Shown piece by piece: positions 18,918-27,946 of a DNA stretch of 64,000 bases (position 1 is its first letter; every line of letters begins with the position of its first letter). Under the pieces are notes generated by a model. That model did no database searches. It was not told where the DNA came from and saw nothing but the letters and a program-made list of their open reading frames with translations. The stretch covers positions 2,457 to 66,456 of the forward strand of contig JBFWMB010000008.1 in NCBI GenBank assembly GCA_050251815.1. Direction: 5' to 3'. Source of the DNA: Salinivirgaceae bacterium. Its GTDB lineage: Bacteria > Bacteroidota > Bacteroidia > Bacteroidales > SZUA-534. A program made the position numbers and the translations under genes.

Positions 18918-21389
18918 CTAGCTGCGCTGTTTTTTTAATTCGCTGACACCAAAGCCCAATATTAATAATATGAGCAGTGCTGAACTGGCATACGACACGG
19001 TTTTTCCGACTTTATAGGATGCCGGTTCAAAATGCCATTCAATCAAGTGTTCCCCTTTAGGAATTACCATTGCTCTTAACACATAATTTGCTCTAAGATA
19101 ATCAGCAGGTTTACCATCGATAAAAGCAATCCATCCTTTGGGATAATAAATTTCAGAAAATACGGCCAATTTACTAGTTCCCACTTTGGAACGGTATTTT
19201 AAATAATTGGGTTTGTATGTCTCAAGTCGAATATAATCGCTGGAGTCAGCCTGGGAGGTTGATAGCTGATCAAGTTTCGACTCAAAGTTTTTATTAATCA
19301 CGGCTTCAACTGCAGGATTGAAATTATACAAGGCTTCTATTTCAGCATCGGCATCATCAACCATTTTTATGGAATCAACATACCAGGCGTTTCCTAATGT
19401 TCCGGAATTATAAATTGGAAAACTCTCCGGGCTAACAATAACAAACTTAGTATTTAACATATTTAATACCGGTTCGTTTGAAACAGCTTGGTAATAATTG
19501 GGTTGATTTTCCTGTTGCAAATTTCGGGCAATACGCTGAATAGATGGCGCAATATGATAATCGATGAGCTCCTGATACCTGCGCATTTTGGCTCCATGAT
19601 AACCTCCAATTGATTTATGGTAATACGAGGTAGTAGCATCGTTAAAAGTACTTACGGTAAGGTTAAGTACTCTAAAATTCGGGTCCTGATCTTTTAAAAT
19701 AAACTGGTCGGCCGGGGTAGGTTGAAATTCCTGATTTGATACCCTGGCGGTTACAAAATGCGATTCGTTAAGGTATCGTTTATTTACCGGCCACATATCG
19801 AATAAAACCAAAAGAATTAAAGCCGGGAAAAAATATTTTTTTTCAAGCTTTTGGTGATAAGCTGCAAAAACTATAAGGGCAGCAACGGCAATAAACAAGA
19901 AGGAACGCCAGGCATCGTTGCGAAGAAGCATTTGCCGGTCGGTTTGCAGGGCATCGACTAAAACCTGCTGCATTCCTGCATCGGAAGGCGCCTGGAATGA
20001 AAAAGCACCGGCAAATAGGGCCAATATCAAACTTAAGCCGCCTGTAATTCCAAACGACCAATAAAGGGCTTTCTTAAACGCGTCTTTTGATACCTGACCA
20101 GAAAACAATTCCTTTAATCCCAAAATGGCTAAAAAAGGCATGGCAAATTCAGCAATAACAAGTGTCATGCTTACTGTTCGAAATTTATTATAACCCGGAA
20201 AGTATTCGAGAAATAAATCGGTAAGAAACATGAAGTTTTTACCCCAGGCCAACGCAATGCTTAAAAGTGTAACCGTTAACAGCCACCATTTAACCGGCCC
20301 TTTAACCACAAAAAGTCCCATTATAAACAAAAAGCAAATAATAGCCCCAACATACACTGGTCCCGAGGTCATGGGTTGTGTTCCCCAATAAAGCGGAAGT
20401 TGCTGAATCACTTTTTTAGCATAGGCTTTCCCCTGCGCCTGTTCAAATAAGTTAAAAGTTGCTGAGTTTTCTGGTAAACTACCGGCAGAACCCCCTCCTT
20501 TAAAATTTGGTACTAAAAGTGTAAGCGTTTCATCAATTCCGTAACTCCATGCGGTTGCATAATCCTTGTCAAGTCCACTGGTTTGGTTGTCCTTATTATG
20601 GGTCAACTCCGATGCTCCCCTAATGGAATATTTTCCGTATTCGTAGGTTAAATACAGGCTGTTACTGTTTGCACCAATTGCTAAAAGAACACCAATTACA
20701 TTCAACGCCAAAGCCTTTAAAAAAGGCTGATACGATTTTTCACGAATGGTTTTAACCAACCAAAAAACACCAAAAACCAGTATTATTAAGGCGGTATAAT
20801 AAGTTATCTGAAAATGATTTACCCGAATTTGCAAGGCTAAAAACAAGGCTGCCAGCAAAGCTCCCCAGATAGGTTTTTTGGTGAACGATAGGTAAACTCC
20901 CGCAATAATAGGTGCCATATAGCCAATAGCAAAAGCCTTGGTAGCATGTCCTGCCTGAATAATAATGAAAAAATAAGACGAAAAGGCAAAAGCCACCGCT
21001 CCCAATGCGGCTAATACAGGACTGATTCCCAAAGCAATTAACGCCAGATAAAATCCAATTAAATACAAAAATGTTTGTCCCATGGGTTCGTTTTTCCAAA
21101 CACTGAAAAGCCGGTGAACCTTACCCAATACAGGATTACCTACGTTGTTTATTAAATACGTAGGCATTCCGCCAAACATACTGTTGGTCCAAAGCGTGGT
21201 TTCTCCTGTTTCTTTTTTAAACTGCTTAGACTCCTGAGCCGCTCCACTCCAGGTTGATATATCGTGCCGTTTTAAACTTTTGCCTTGCATAATAGGCGAA
21301 AAATAAACCGCTGTTATCAATAAGAAAAAAACAATAGCTGCCAGATGGGGCAATCCCTTTTTCAATAAATCCTTTTTCATTGCTTTCAA
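18918..21389 (-). CDS. YfhO-like polytopic membrane protein (putative glycosyl-transfer/assembly)
   Basis: 823 aa with more than 10 TM segments, then a soluble domain and a terminal TM. Divergently adjacent to the glycan cassette. Family assignment is by architecture and N-terminal similarity from memory. Confidence 0.6.
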   Translation of the reverse strand: MKAMKKDLLKKGLPHLAAIVFFLLITAVYFSPIMQGKSLKRHDISTWSGAAQESKQFKKETGETTLWTNSMFGGMPTYLINNVGNPVLGKVHRLFSVWKNEPMGQTFLYLIGFYLALIALGISPVLAALGAVAFAFSSYFFIIIQAGHATKAFAIGYMAPIIAGVYLSFTKKPIWGALLAALFLALQIRVNHFQITYYTALIILVFGVFWLVKTIREKSYQPFLKALALNVIGVLLAIGANSNSLYLTYEYGKYSIRGASELTHNKDNQTSGLDKDYATAWSYGIDETLTLLVPNFKGGGSAGSLPENSATFNLFEQAQGKAYAKKVIQQLPLYWGTQPMTSGPVYVGAIICFLFIMGLFVVKGPVKWWLLTVTLLSIALAWGKNFMFLTDLFLEYFPGYNKFRTVSMTLVIAEFAMPFLAILGLKELFSGQVSKDAFKKALYWSFGITGGLSLILALFAGAFSFQAPSDAGMQQVLVDALQTDRQMLLRNDAWRSFLFIAVAALIVFAAYHQKLEKKYFFPALILLVLFDMWPVNKRYLNESHFVTARVSNQEFQPTPADQFILKDQDPNFRVLNLTVSTFNDATTSYYHKSIGGYHGAKMRRYQELIDYHIAPSIQRIARNLQQENQPNYYQAVSNEPVLNMLNTKFVIVSPESFPIYNSGTLGNAWYVDSIKMVDDADAEIEALYNFNPAVEAVINKNFESKLDQLSTSQADSSDYIRLETYKPNYLKYRSKVGTSKLAVFSEIYYPKGWIAFIDGKPADYLRANYVLRAMVIPKGEHLIEWHFEPASYKVGKTVSYASSALLILLILGFGVSELKKQRS

Positions 21390-21602
21390 AGCTTTAATGT
21401 AATGTTGTTAACACTTAAGTTTTTTTGTCGCCTTGACGAATTTACAAACTTAAAACAATTCAGTAAAGTTGCGCCATTTCTTATCAACATAAACATCAAA
21501 ATTGGTTGATTTTTTAAATCATTCAAGGAAATTAGCTGAAGCCTAACTATTTTTCGTGCTATCAAAATATTTATACTTTTACAGCACTAAATTCAAAAGC
21601 AC

Positions 21603-22775
21603 ATGCCTCAAAAAGTATTAATGGTTTTAGAAGGTGATTTTCCGCCCGACGATCGGGTTTATAAAGAAGCAAAAAGCCTTATTAACGAGGGGTTTTCTGT
21701 TACTATAGCCTGTTACACATTTACCCAAAAACCGCAACATGAGGTATTTCAGCAAATAACTATTATCAGAAAACGCATCCCAAAGCTTATCTATAAATTA
21801 AGTGTGGCCGCGTTAAAGTTTCGGTTTTACTTTTTATGGTGGCAAAAATATCTTGAGTCGGTTTTGCGACACGAAGCATTCGATATTATTCATATTCATG
21901 ATTTGCCGTTGGCAAAAGTTGGCTCATTTATTAAAAAAAAATATGGCTTAAAACTGGTAGTTGATTTGCACGAGAACTGGCCCGCTCATTTATCACAAGC
22001 AAAACACACCAACACTTTTTTTGGAAAAATACTTTCAGACCAAAAAAAATGGAGAACTTATGAAGCTGAAATTCTTCATAGTTCAAACCTGATAATTTGT
22101 GTGGTTGAAGAAATGAAGGAACGCATTGTTAAACTGGGATATGCTGATGAAAAAGTAATTGTTTTACCAAACACCATTGATCCATTAGATTATAAACTTG
22201 CTGCCTCTGAAAAGCAAAACGGTGAATTTGTTTTGTTTTTTGCCGGAGGAATAACTATTGAACGAGGCCTACAATATGTAATACCTGCCATTGCAAAACT
22301 AATTGACAAAATACCTACACTAAAACTAAAAATAGTTGGAACGGGAAGTTATCTGAATCACCTAAAAATACTGGTTGATAGATACAATTTAAACCAACAA
22401 ATTGAGTTTCTGGGATGGAAACCACTAAAAGATGTGATTCAAATGACCTGCGATGCTGATGTCGCATTAATTCCCCATTTAAAATGGGAACAAACTGACT
22501 GCTCATCGCCCAATAAATTATTTCAGTGTATGTATGCCAAAGTTCCTTTAATTGTTTCGAATTGTAATTCAGTAGAACGAATTGTGTTGGAAACCCAATC
22601 GGGAGTTTCTTATGTTTATAACAACATCAACGAACTGGCTGATAAGATACTCTATTTATATAAGCGCCCTGAGGTTCGTTTAACAATGGCCGAAAATGGC
22701 AACAAGGCGGTGCTTTCAAAATACAACTGGAATAACACAGCAACCACACTTATTGAAGCTTATAAAAATCTTTAA
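21603..22775 (+). CDS. glycosyltransferase, GT4 (GT-B fold)
   Basis: 390 aa with a C-terminal GT1/GT4-type region (FAGGITIERGLQ..., LIPHL...SPNKLFQCMYAKVPLIVS). Confidence 0.8.
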   Translation: MPQKVLMVLEGDFPPDDRVYKEAKSLINEGFSVTIACYTFTQKPQHEVFQQITIIRKRIPKLIYKLSVAALKFRFYFLWWQKYLESVLRHEAFDIIHIHDLPLAKVGSFIKKKYGLKLVVDLHENWPAHLSQAKHTNTFFGKILSDQKKWRTYEAEILHSSNLIICVVEEMKERIVKLGYADEKVIVLPNTIDPLDYKLAASEKQNGEFVLFFAGGITIERGLQYVIPAIAKLIDKIPTLKLKIVGTGSYLNHLKILVDRYNLNQQIEFLGWKPLKDVIQMTCDADVALIPHLKWEQTDCSSPNKLFQCMYAKVPLIVSNCNSVERIVLETQSGVSYVYNNINELADKILYLYKRPEVRLTMAENGNKAVLSKYNWNNTATTLIEAYKNL

Positions 22776-22779
22776 ACCA

Positions 22780-23835
22780 ATGAAAATTGCAACCATAATA
22801 GGCGCCCGACCCCAGTTTATAAAAGCTGCCGTAATCAGTCGGAATCTAAAAAACCATCCCGATATAAATGAAATCCTGATTCATACCGGACAGCATTACG
22901 ACCGAAACATGTCGGAAATTTTCTTTCAGGAACTTGAAATCCCAAAACCCCAATACAATTTAGGTGTGGGCTCGGGAAACCATGGAGAACAGACGGGTAA
23001 AATGCTTCAACAGATTGAAGCTGTATTGTTAAACGAAAAACCCAATGTTGTATTGGTATATGGCGACACCAATTCAACCCTGGCTGGTGCATTGGCGGCC
23101 TCGAAACTAAACATTCCCATTGCCCACGTTGAAGCCGGACTACGCAGCTTTAATCGTAAAATGCCCGAAGAGATTAACCGTATTGCCACCGACCATATTT
23201 CTGACCTGCTTTTTGCTCCTACTCAAAACGCTATGAACCTACTTGCAAAAGAAGGTTTAGCCGAACAAAGCTTTTTAACCGGTGACATTATGTACGATTC
23301 GGTGCTTTTTTATAAAGAAAAGGCATTACGACAAAATTATCAATATCCTTTCGATGACCGGGAATTTTACCTGGCAACCATTCACCGTCAGGAAAACACC
23401 GACGATCCGAAACGATTACAGGCTATTTTTACCGCTTTTTCGAACCTTGACAAACCCGTATTGTTACCACTTCATCCACGAGTGCGTAACTTTTTGAAGA
23501 CAATTCATTATTCTGAAAACATAAAAATAACAGAGCCTGTTGGTTACCTGAATCTTTTACAGTTAATAAGTAAAGCATCGAAAGTTTTAACCGACTCAGG
23601 AGGCTTACAAAAAGAAGCCTTTTTTATGAAGGTACCCTGCATTACCTTACGAAACGAAACCGAGTGGATTGAAACTATTGAGCATGGATGGAATCATGTT
23701 GTAGGAACCGACCAACAAAAGATTATTGAAACAACAAAACTCGACTATCCGACAATAAAAGGGAATCCATTTGGTGACGGAAAAGCGGGAGAAAAAATAC
23801 TAAACCATCTGCAGGATTTCCAAAATAATAGGTAA
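22780..23835 (+). CDS. wecB: UDP-N-acetylglucosamine 2-epimerase (non-hydrolysing)
   Basis: ORF 22696..23835 trimmed to the ATG at 22780 (MKIATIIGARPQFIK). HTGQHYD, VYGDTNSTLAGALAA, HVEAGLRS and TDSGGLQKEA are the WecB family pattern. Confidence 0.93.
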   Translation: MKIATIIGARPQFIKAAVISRNLKNHPDINEILIHTGQHYDRNMSEIFFQELEIPKPQYNLGVGSGNHGEQTGKMLQQIEAVLLNEKPNVVLVYGDTNSTLAGALAASKLNIPIAHVEAGLRSFNRKMPEEINRIATDHISDLLFAPTQNAMNLLAKEGLAEQSFLTGDIMYDSVLFYKEKALRQNYQYPFDDREFYLATIHRQENTDDPKRLQAIFTAFSNLDKPVLLPLHPRVRNFLKTIHYSENIKITEPVGYLNLLQLISKASKVLTDSGGLQKEAFFMKVPCITLRNETEWIETIEHGWNHVVGTDQQKIIETTKLDYPTIKGNPFGDGKAGEKILNHLQDFQNNR

Positions 23836-23924
23836 TAGCCTTTCTGAAGTTTATATTTTATCAAATAAGTTCCAATATTATGTTCATGAAATTACTCTAA
23901 ACTTTAAAGTAACTAATATAATTG

Positions 23925-25157
23925 ATGAAAAATTTAGTTTTACTTACTAATGGATATCCCTTTGGATCTGGTGAGACATTTATTGAAACTGAAATAAATG
24001 AACTCTCCAAAAATTTTGATACAATAACCCTGGTAAGCGTTTCCAATAATTACCAAAACAAGCGAGCTCTTCCTAAAAATTGCCGAATCTTAAGTTTTCA
24101 GTCGATTATTACGCTAAAGAGAATTCCAATGTTGACCTGGGTACTTTTGACCCATTTAAAGTTATTTATTTCATTGGTTAATTCTGAATTAAAAAACATT
24201 AAATTATTATTTAAGCTTAAACCCAATTCCACCATACTTGCCAAACTATTAATTGATTTAATTAAGGCATTTGATATTTATCGCTTTTTGCACAAACAAA
24301 GGTTTGAATCCACTATTTTTTACTCCTATTGGTTCGATCAAAAGGCTTTGGCTCTGGTTATACTTAAACAAAATTCGAACGCAGTCTGTATCAGCAGAGC
24401 TCATCGTGCCGATTTGTATTTTGAACATAGTCCTATAAAATATTTGTCTTTCCAAAAAATAAAACTGGATTTGCTTGATAAGGTTTTTCCCATATCGAGC
24501 CACGGAAAAGAATACTTATGTGAGAAATTACATTGCAGTAATTCAAAAATCTCAGTATCAAGACTTGGGGTAATTATACCAGAAAACACCCTAACCTTTA
24601 AGCCCAATGTGGTTAAAACGCTGGTGAGTTGTTCCATTCTATCTCCGGTTAAAAGAGTTGATCTTATTATTAAAGTACTGGCCAGGTTAAATAGCCTTTC
24701 CATTCAATGGATTCATTTGGGTGGAGGCTCTTTGCTTAACGACTTGCAAACTATGGCTATCAAAGAACTATCTTCAACAAATCACCGCTTTCAATTCATG
24801 GGTATGTTAACTAATGCTGAAATATACAAGTTTTATTCCCAAACATCGATTGATGCATTTCTTAATGTAAGTGAGTCAGAAGGAATTCCAGTAAGTATTA
24901 TGGAGGCTATGGCTTTTGGCATACCAGTAATAGCAACCCATGTAGGAGGAACATCAGAATTGGTTGACCCGACTAATGGAGTATTATTGCCCAAAGAATT
25001 TTCAGTCGATTTTTTGGTTAACCAACTGGAAACCTTTTTTGCCTTAGATGAGCCAACAATTAAAGATTTAAGAATTAACGCACAGCAAAAGGTGAGGAAT
25101 CAATATGATGCAATTGCCAACTTTACACAATTTATTAAGGAAATAAAAGCCTTATAA
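23925..25157 (+). CDS. glycosyltransferase, GT4 family
   Basis: About 410 aa. The ATG at 23925 is preferred to the TTG at 23922. C-terminal ESEGIPVSIMEAMAFGIPVIATHVGGTSELV is the GT4 E-x7-E region. Confidence 0.8.
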   Translation: MKNLVLLTNGYPFGSGETFIETEINELSKNFDTITLVSVSNNYQNKRALPKNCRILSFQSIITLKRIPMLTWVLLTHLKLFISLVNSELKNIKLLFKLKPNSTILAKLLIDLIKAFDIYRFLHKQRFESTIFYSYWFDQKALALVILKQNSNAVCISRAHRADLYFEHSPIKYLSFQKIKLDLLDKVFPISSHGKEYLCEKLHCSNSKISVSRLGVIIPENTLTFKPNVVKTLVSCSILSPVKRVDLIIKVLARLNSLSIQWIHLGGGSLLNDLQTMAIKELSSTNHRFQFMGMLTNAEIYKFYSQTSIDAFLNVSESEGIPVSIMEAMAFGIPVIATHVGGTSELVDPTNGVLLPKEFSVDFLVNQLETFFALDEPTIKDLRINAQQKVRNQYDAIANFTQFIKEIKAL

Positions 25158-25239
25158 TTATCTTTATTGCCTGCGTTTGCATCTTATATATATTTTCAGA
25201 TTGCATAATATCAATTGATTACAAATAAGAATTACTTTA

Positions 25240-26346
25240 ATGAAATATCAAATAGCAGGTAAAATATGGTTATTTAAAAACAACGATTCCAGGTTGCCTA
25301 ATGAAATATTACTTCAATTACTTGAATTTTATCAGGAAAGTGATGACGTGCCAGAAGAAATTTGTGTTGTTTTTGTGAATAAACCCTTAGACAATTTAAT
25401 TGAATACCGAAATCCTAAAATACATGGGGAACTTAAAAACGGTTTTGTAATTCCTGCTGTTTATGGGCAGGTTGCATATTCCAAAGAAACCGATATTCCA
25501 GTGATTAAAGTCTATTTGAGCTCTTTATTCTATAAAAACACGATCTTTTCTCGAGTAATTATTAATGGGGAATTTTCGTCGCTCCGCGACAAATTGTCGG
25601 CAGTACTCTATGAAACAATTATTATTCCTTCAACGTTCTTTTTTGCTGATTTAGGATTAATTCATTCCACCGGAGTATTTAACCAAAAGGAACAGGGGAT
25701 TTTGTTGGGAGGAACAGGTGGAATTGGAAAAACATCAATGGAAATTGAACTTTGTTTTTATAACAAATACCATTTTTTAAACGACGATATTGGAATTATT
25801 GACACCCATGGATATTTGTATCCAAATTACGCGTTCCCCAAAATTTATGGGTATAATTTCGACGGTTATTCTGAATTTAAACAAATGGTTTTTAGCAACC
25901 GGTCGATTCTTGATAAATTTGCTTGGTATTACAAAAAAACCAGAAATGGAATTCATAGGGTACGCCGAAAAATTTCGCCTGAGCTTTTTCATGCAACAAC
26001 TAAAAATCACGTAAAACTAAATACTTATTTTCTGCTATCACGACATCAGAATACAGAATTTAAAATTAATACCATTGAACCTACTACAGCTGCTATTCAT
26101 ACACAAAATATTATACAAACAGAATATGCTGATTTTTTTAACCATTTAAGTTGGCACCAATACAATACCGAAATGACCGGAAGAAAACCTGTAATTGACC
26201 TTATAGACTACAAAAACAACCAAAAGCAACTTTTAGTAAAAGCCTTTTCATCAGCCAATATATACTCCGTATTGATTCCTAATCAAATATCCCACAAAGA
26301 ATATCTGAAAACAATGAAATCAATTATAGAAAATCACCTTAGCTAA
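25240..26346 (+). CDS. hypothetical protein with an HPr-kinase-like P-loop core
   Basis: 368 aa. LIHSTGVFNQKEQGILLGGTGGIGKTSMEIELCFYNKYHFLNDDIG parallels the HprK C-terminal core (hG...GvLi.G.SG.GKS..aLeL...Gh.LvaDD). Confidence 0.55.
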   Translation: MKYQIAGKIWLFKNNDSRLPNEILLQLLEFYQESDDVPEEICVVFVNKPLDNLIEYRNPKIHGELKNGFVIPAVYGQVAYSKETDIPVIKVYLSSLFYKNTIFSRVIINGEFSSLRDKLSAVLYETIIIPSTFFFADLGLIHSTGVFNQKEQGILLGGTGGIGKTSMEIELCFYNKYHFLNDDIGIIDTHGYLYPNYAFPKIYGYNFDGYSEFKQMVFSNRSILDKFAWYYKKTRNGIHRVRRKISPELFHATTKNHVKLNTYFLLSRHQNTEFKINTIEPTTAAIHTQNIIQTEYADFFNHLSWHQYNTEMTGRKPVIDLIDYKNNQKQLLVKAFSSANIYSVLIPNQISHKEYLKTMKSIIENHLS

Positions 26347-26353
26347 ATACTTT

Positions 26354-27865
26354 ATGGGTAATAGAACGGGAAAAAAAGACACCATTAAAAACTCCATTAT
26401 TTACGGCCTCGGAAATGTGGCTACAAAAATTATTGGACTAATACTGATTCCCTTATACACCAATCCAAGTTATTTAAGCGTGGAGGATTTTGGAGTATTG
26501 GGTGTTTTAGAAATTTCGGGACAGGTACTTGTAGCCATTTTAAGTTTTTCGATGCCCCAATGTTTAACCCGCTGGTATTATGATTCCAATTATCTCAATA
26601 AACAAAAATCGCTTTTCTTTACATCGCTAAGTTTTTTAACCGCCGTGTCGGTACTATTCTATTTGGGGACCTATCCATTCTACGAAAAATTCTCATTATT
26701 AGTATTTGACACTGTAGGCTACAAATATGTAATACAACTGGTAGTTATTTCATCAATACTACAAGTAATTGTTCAGCAAGTTCTCACTTTAGCCAAACTT
26801 CAGTATAAATCAAAACTTTATTCAGGCACATCAATCATAAAACTAATTGTTGGACTGTTTCTTACTATATATCTGATTATCGTAAAGGGAAAAAGAATTG
26901 ATGGTATTTTTGAAGCTCAGGTCTATGCTAATTTTTTACATCTGATTTTACTTTTACCTATTTTGGTGAAAAACCTGATGCTTCGCTTTGAAAAAGTCGT
27001 CTTAAAAGAGATGCTTGCATTTGCCTATCCATTGATTCTATCCTCTACATTTGGTGTTTTTTTAAATGTAATTGACCGGTACTCGTTAAACTTTTTAACT
27101 ACTTTGGAAGATGTAGGGGTATACTCCCTAGCCTATAAAATATCGAGCACTTTAAAGATTACCATTGTTATGTCCATTCAATATGCCTTGTCTCCCGTAA
27201 TTTATAAAAAAATGAATGATCCGGATGCAAAAACCTTTTATGCCGGTTTATTAAGTAAATTCAGTTTTATTTTAATGTTTTTTTCTATAATACTTTCCTT
27301 GTTCTCATTAGAAATGATAAAAATACTCACGGGCGATATAATTTATTGGGATGCCAATTATATAATTCCCACCCTTATTCTCGGCGTGTTTTTTGGAATG
27401 ACAAAGGATACCACACAAATAGGATTAAACATTATGAAACAAACCCAAATTATTGGAATTGTAATCATTACTATATCACTATTGAATCTTGGATTAAATG
27501 TGCTATTAATACCGCTTATTGATTATCATGGAGCCGCATTAAGCACTTTATTTTCGCAATTCTTGTATTTTTATATCATTTATTATAAATCACAAAAAGT
27601 TTATAACATTCCCTATAAGTTAAATAAACACTGGTTACTTATTGTTTTGGGTAGCCTGATAATGTATTCCGGGCTACTGCTGAATTCAGTTACGGGTTGG
27701 ATACGCATTCCGATAAAACTTGTGGCCATAACAAGTTTTCCAATAGCACTCTACTATTTAAAGTATTTTACTTCTGAGGAAGTGGAATTGGTAACTTCTC
27801 TCTGGCAAAGATGGAAAAATCCAAAAAGCTGGTTATCAAATATAAAAGCCCTTAAGGCGGAATAA
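26354..27865 (+). CDS. Wzx-like oligosaccharide flippase (MOP superfamily)
   Basis: 503 aa with about 12-14 TM segments. N-terminus KNSIIYGLGNVATKIIGLILIPLYT is typical of polysaccharide biosynthesis flippases. Confidence 0.75.
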   Translation: MGNRTGKKDTIKNSIIYGLGNVATKIIGLILIPLYTNPSYLSVEDFGVLGVLEISGQVLVAILSFSMPQCLTRWYYDSNYLNKQKSLFFTSLSFLTAVSVLFYLGTYPFYEKFSLLVFDTVGYKYVIQLVVISSILQVIVQQVLTLAKLQYKSKLYSGTSIIKLIVGLFLTIYLIIVKGKRIDGIFEAQVYANFLHLILLLPILVKNLMLRFEKVVLKEMLAFAYPLILSSTFGVFLNVIDRYSLNFLTTLEDVGVYSLAYKISSTLKITIVMSIQYALSPVIYKKMNDPDAKTFYAGLLSKFSFILMFFSIILSLFSLEMIKILTGDIIYWDANYIIPTLILGVFFGMTKDTTQIGLNIMKQTQIIGIVIITISLLNLGLNVLLIPLIDYHGAALSTLFSQFLYFYIIYYKSQKVYNIPYKLNKHWLLIVLGSLIMYSGLLLNSVTGWIRIPIKLVAITSFPIALYYLKYFTSEEVELVTSLWQRWKNPKSWLSNIKALKAE

Positions 27866-27885
27866 CTCTAATGCAGAATAAGATA

Positions 27886-27927
27886 TAAAAAACGGGGCTG
27901 TTAAAATCAATTAACAACCCCGTTTTA
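27886..27927. terminator. bidirectional terminator between the flippase gene and infB
   Basis: ACGGGGCTGTT / AACAACCCCGT stem (one mismatch) flanked by an A-run and TTTTAT. Confidence 0.6.
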
Positions 27928-27946
27928 TCTTAAATTCTTTAATGGA

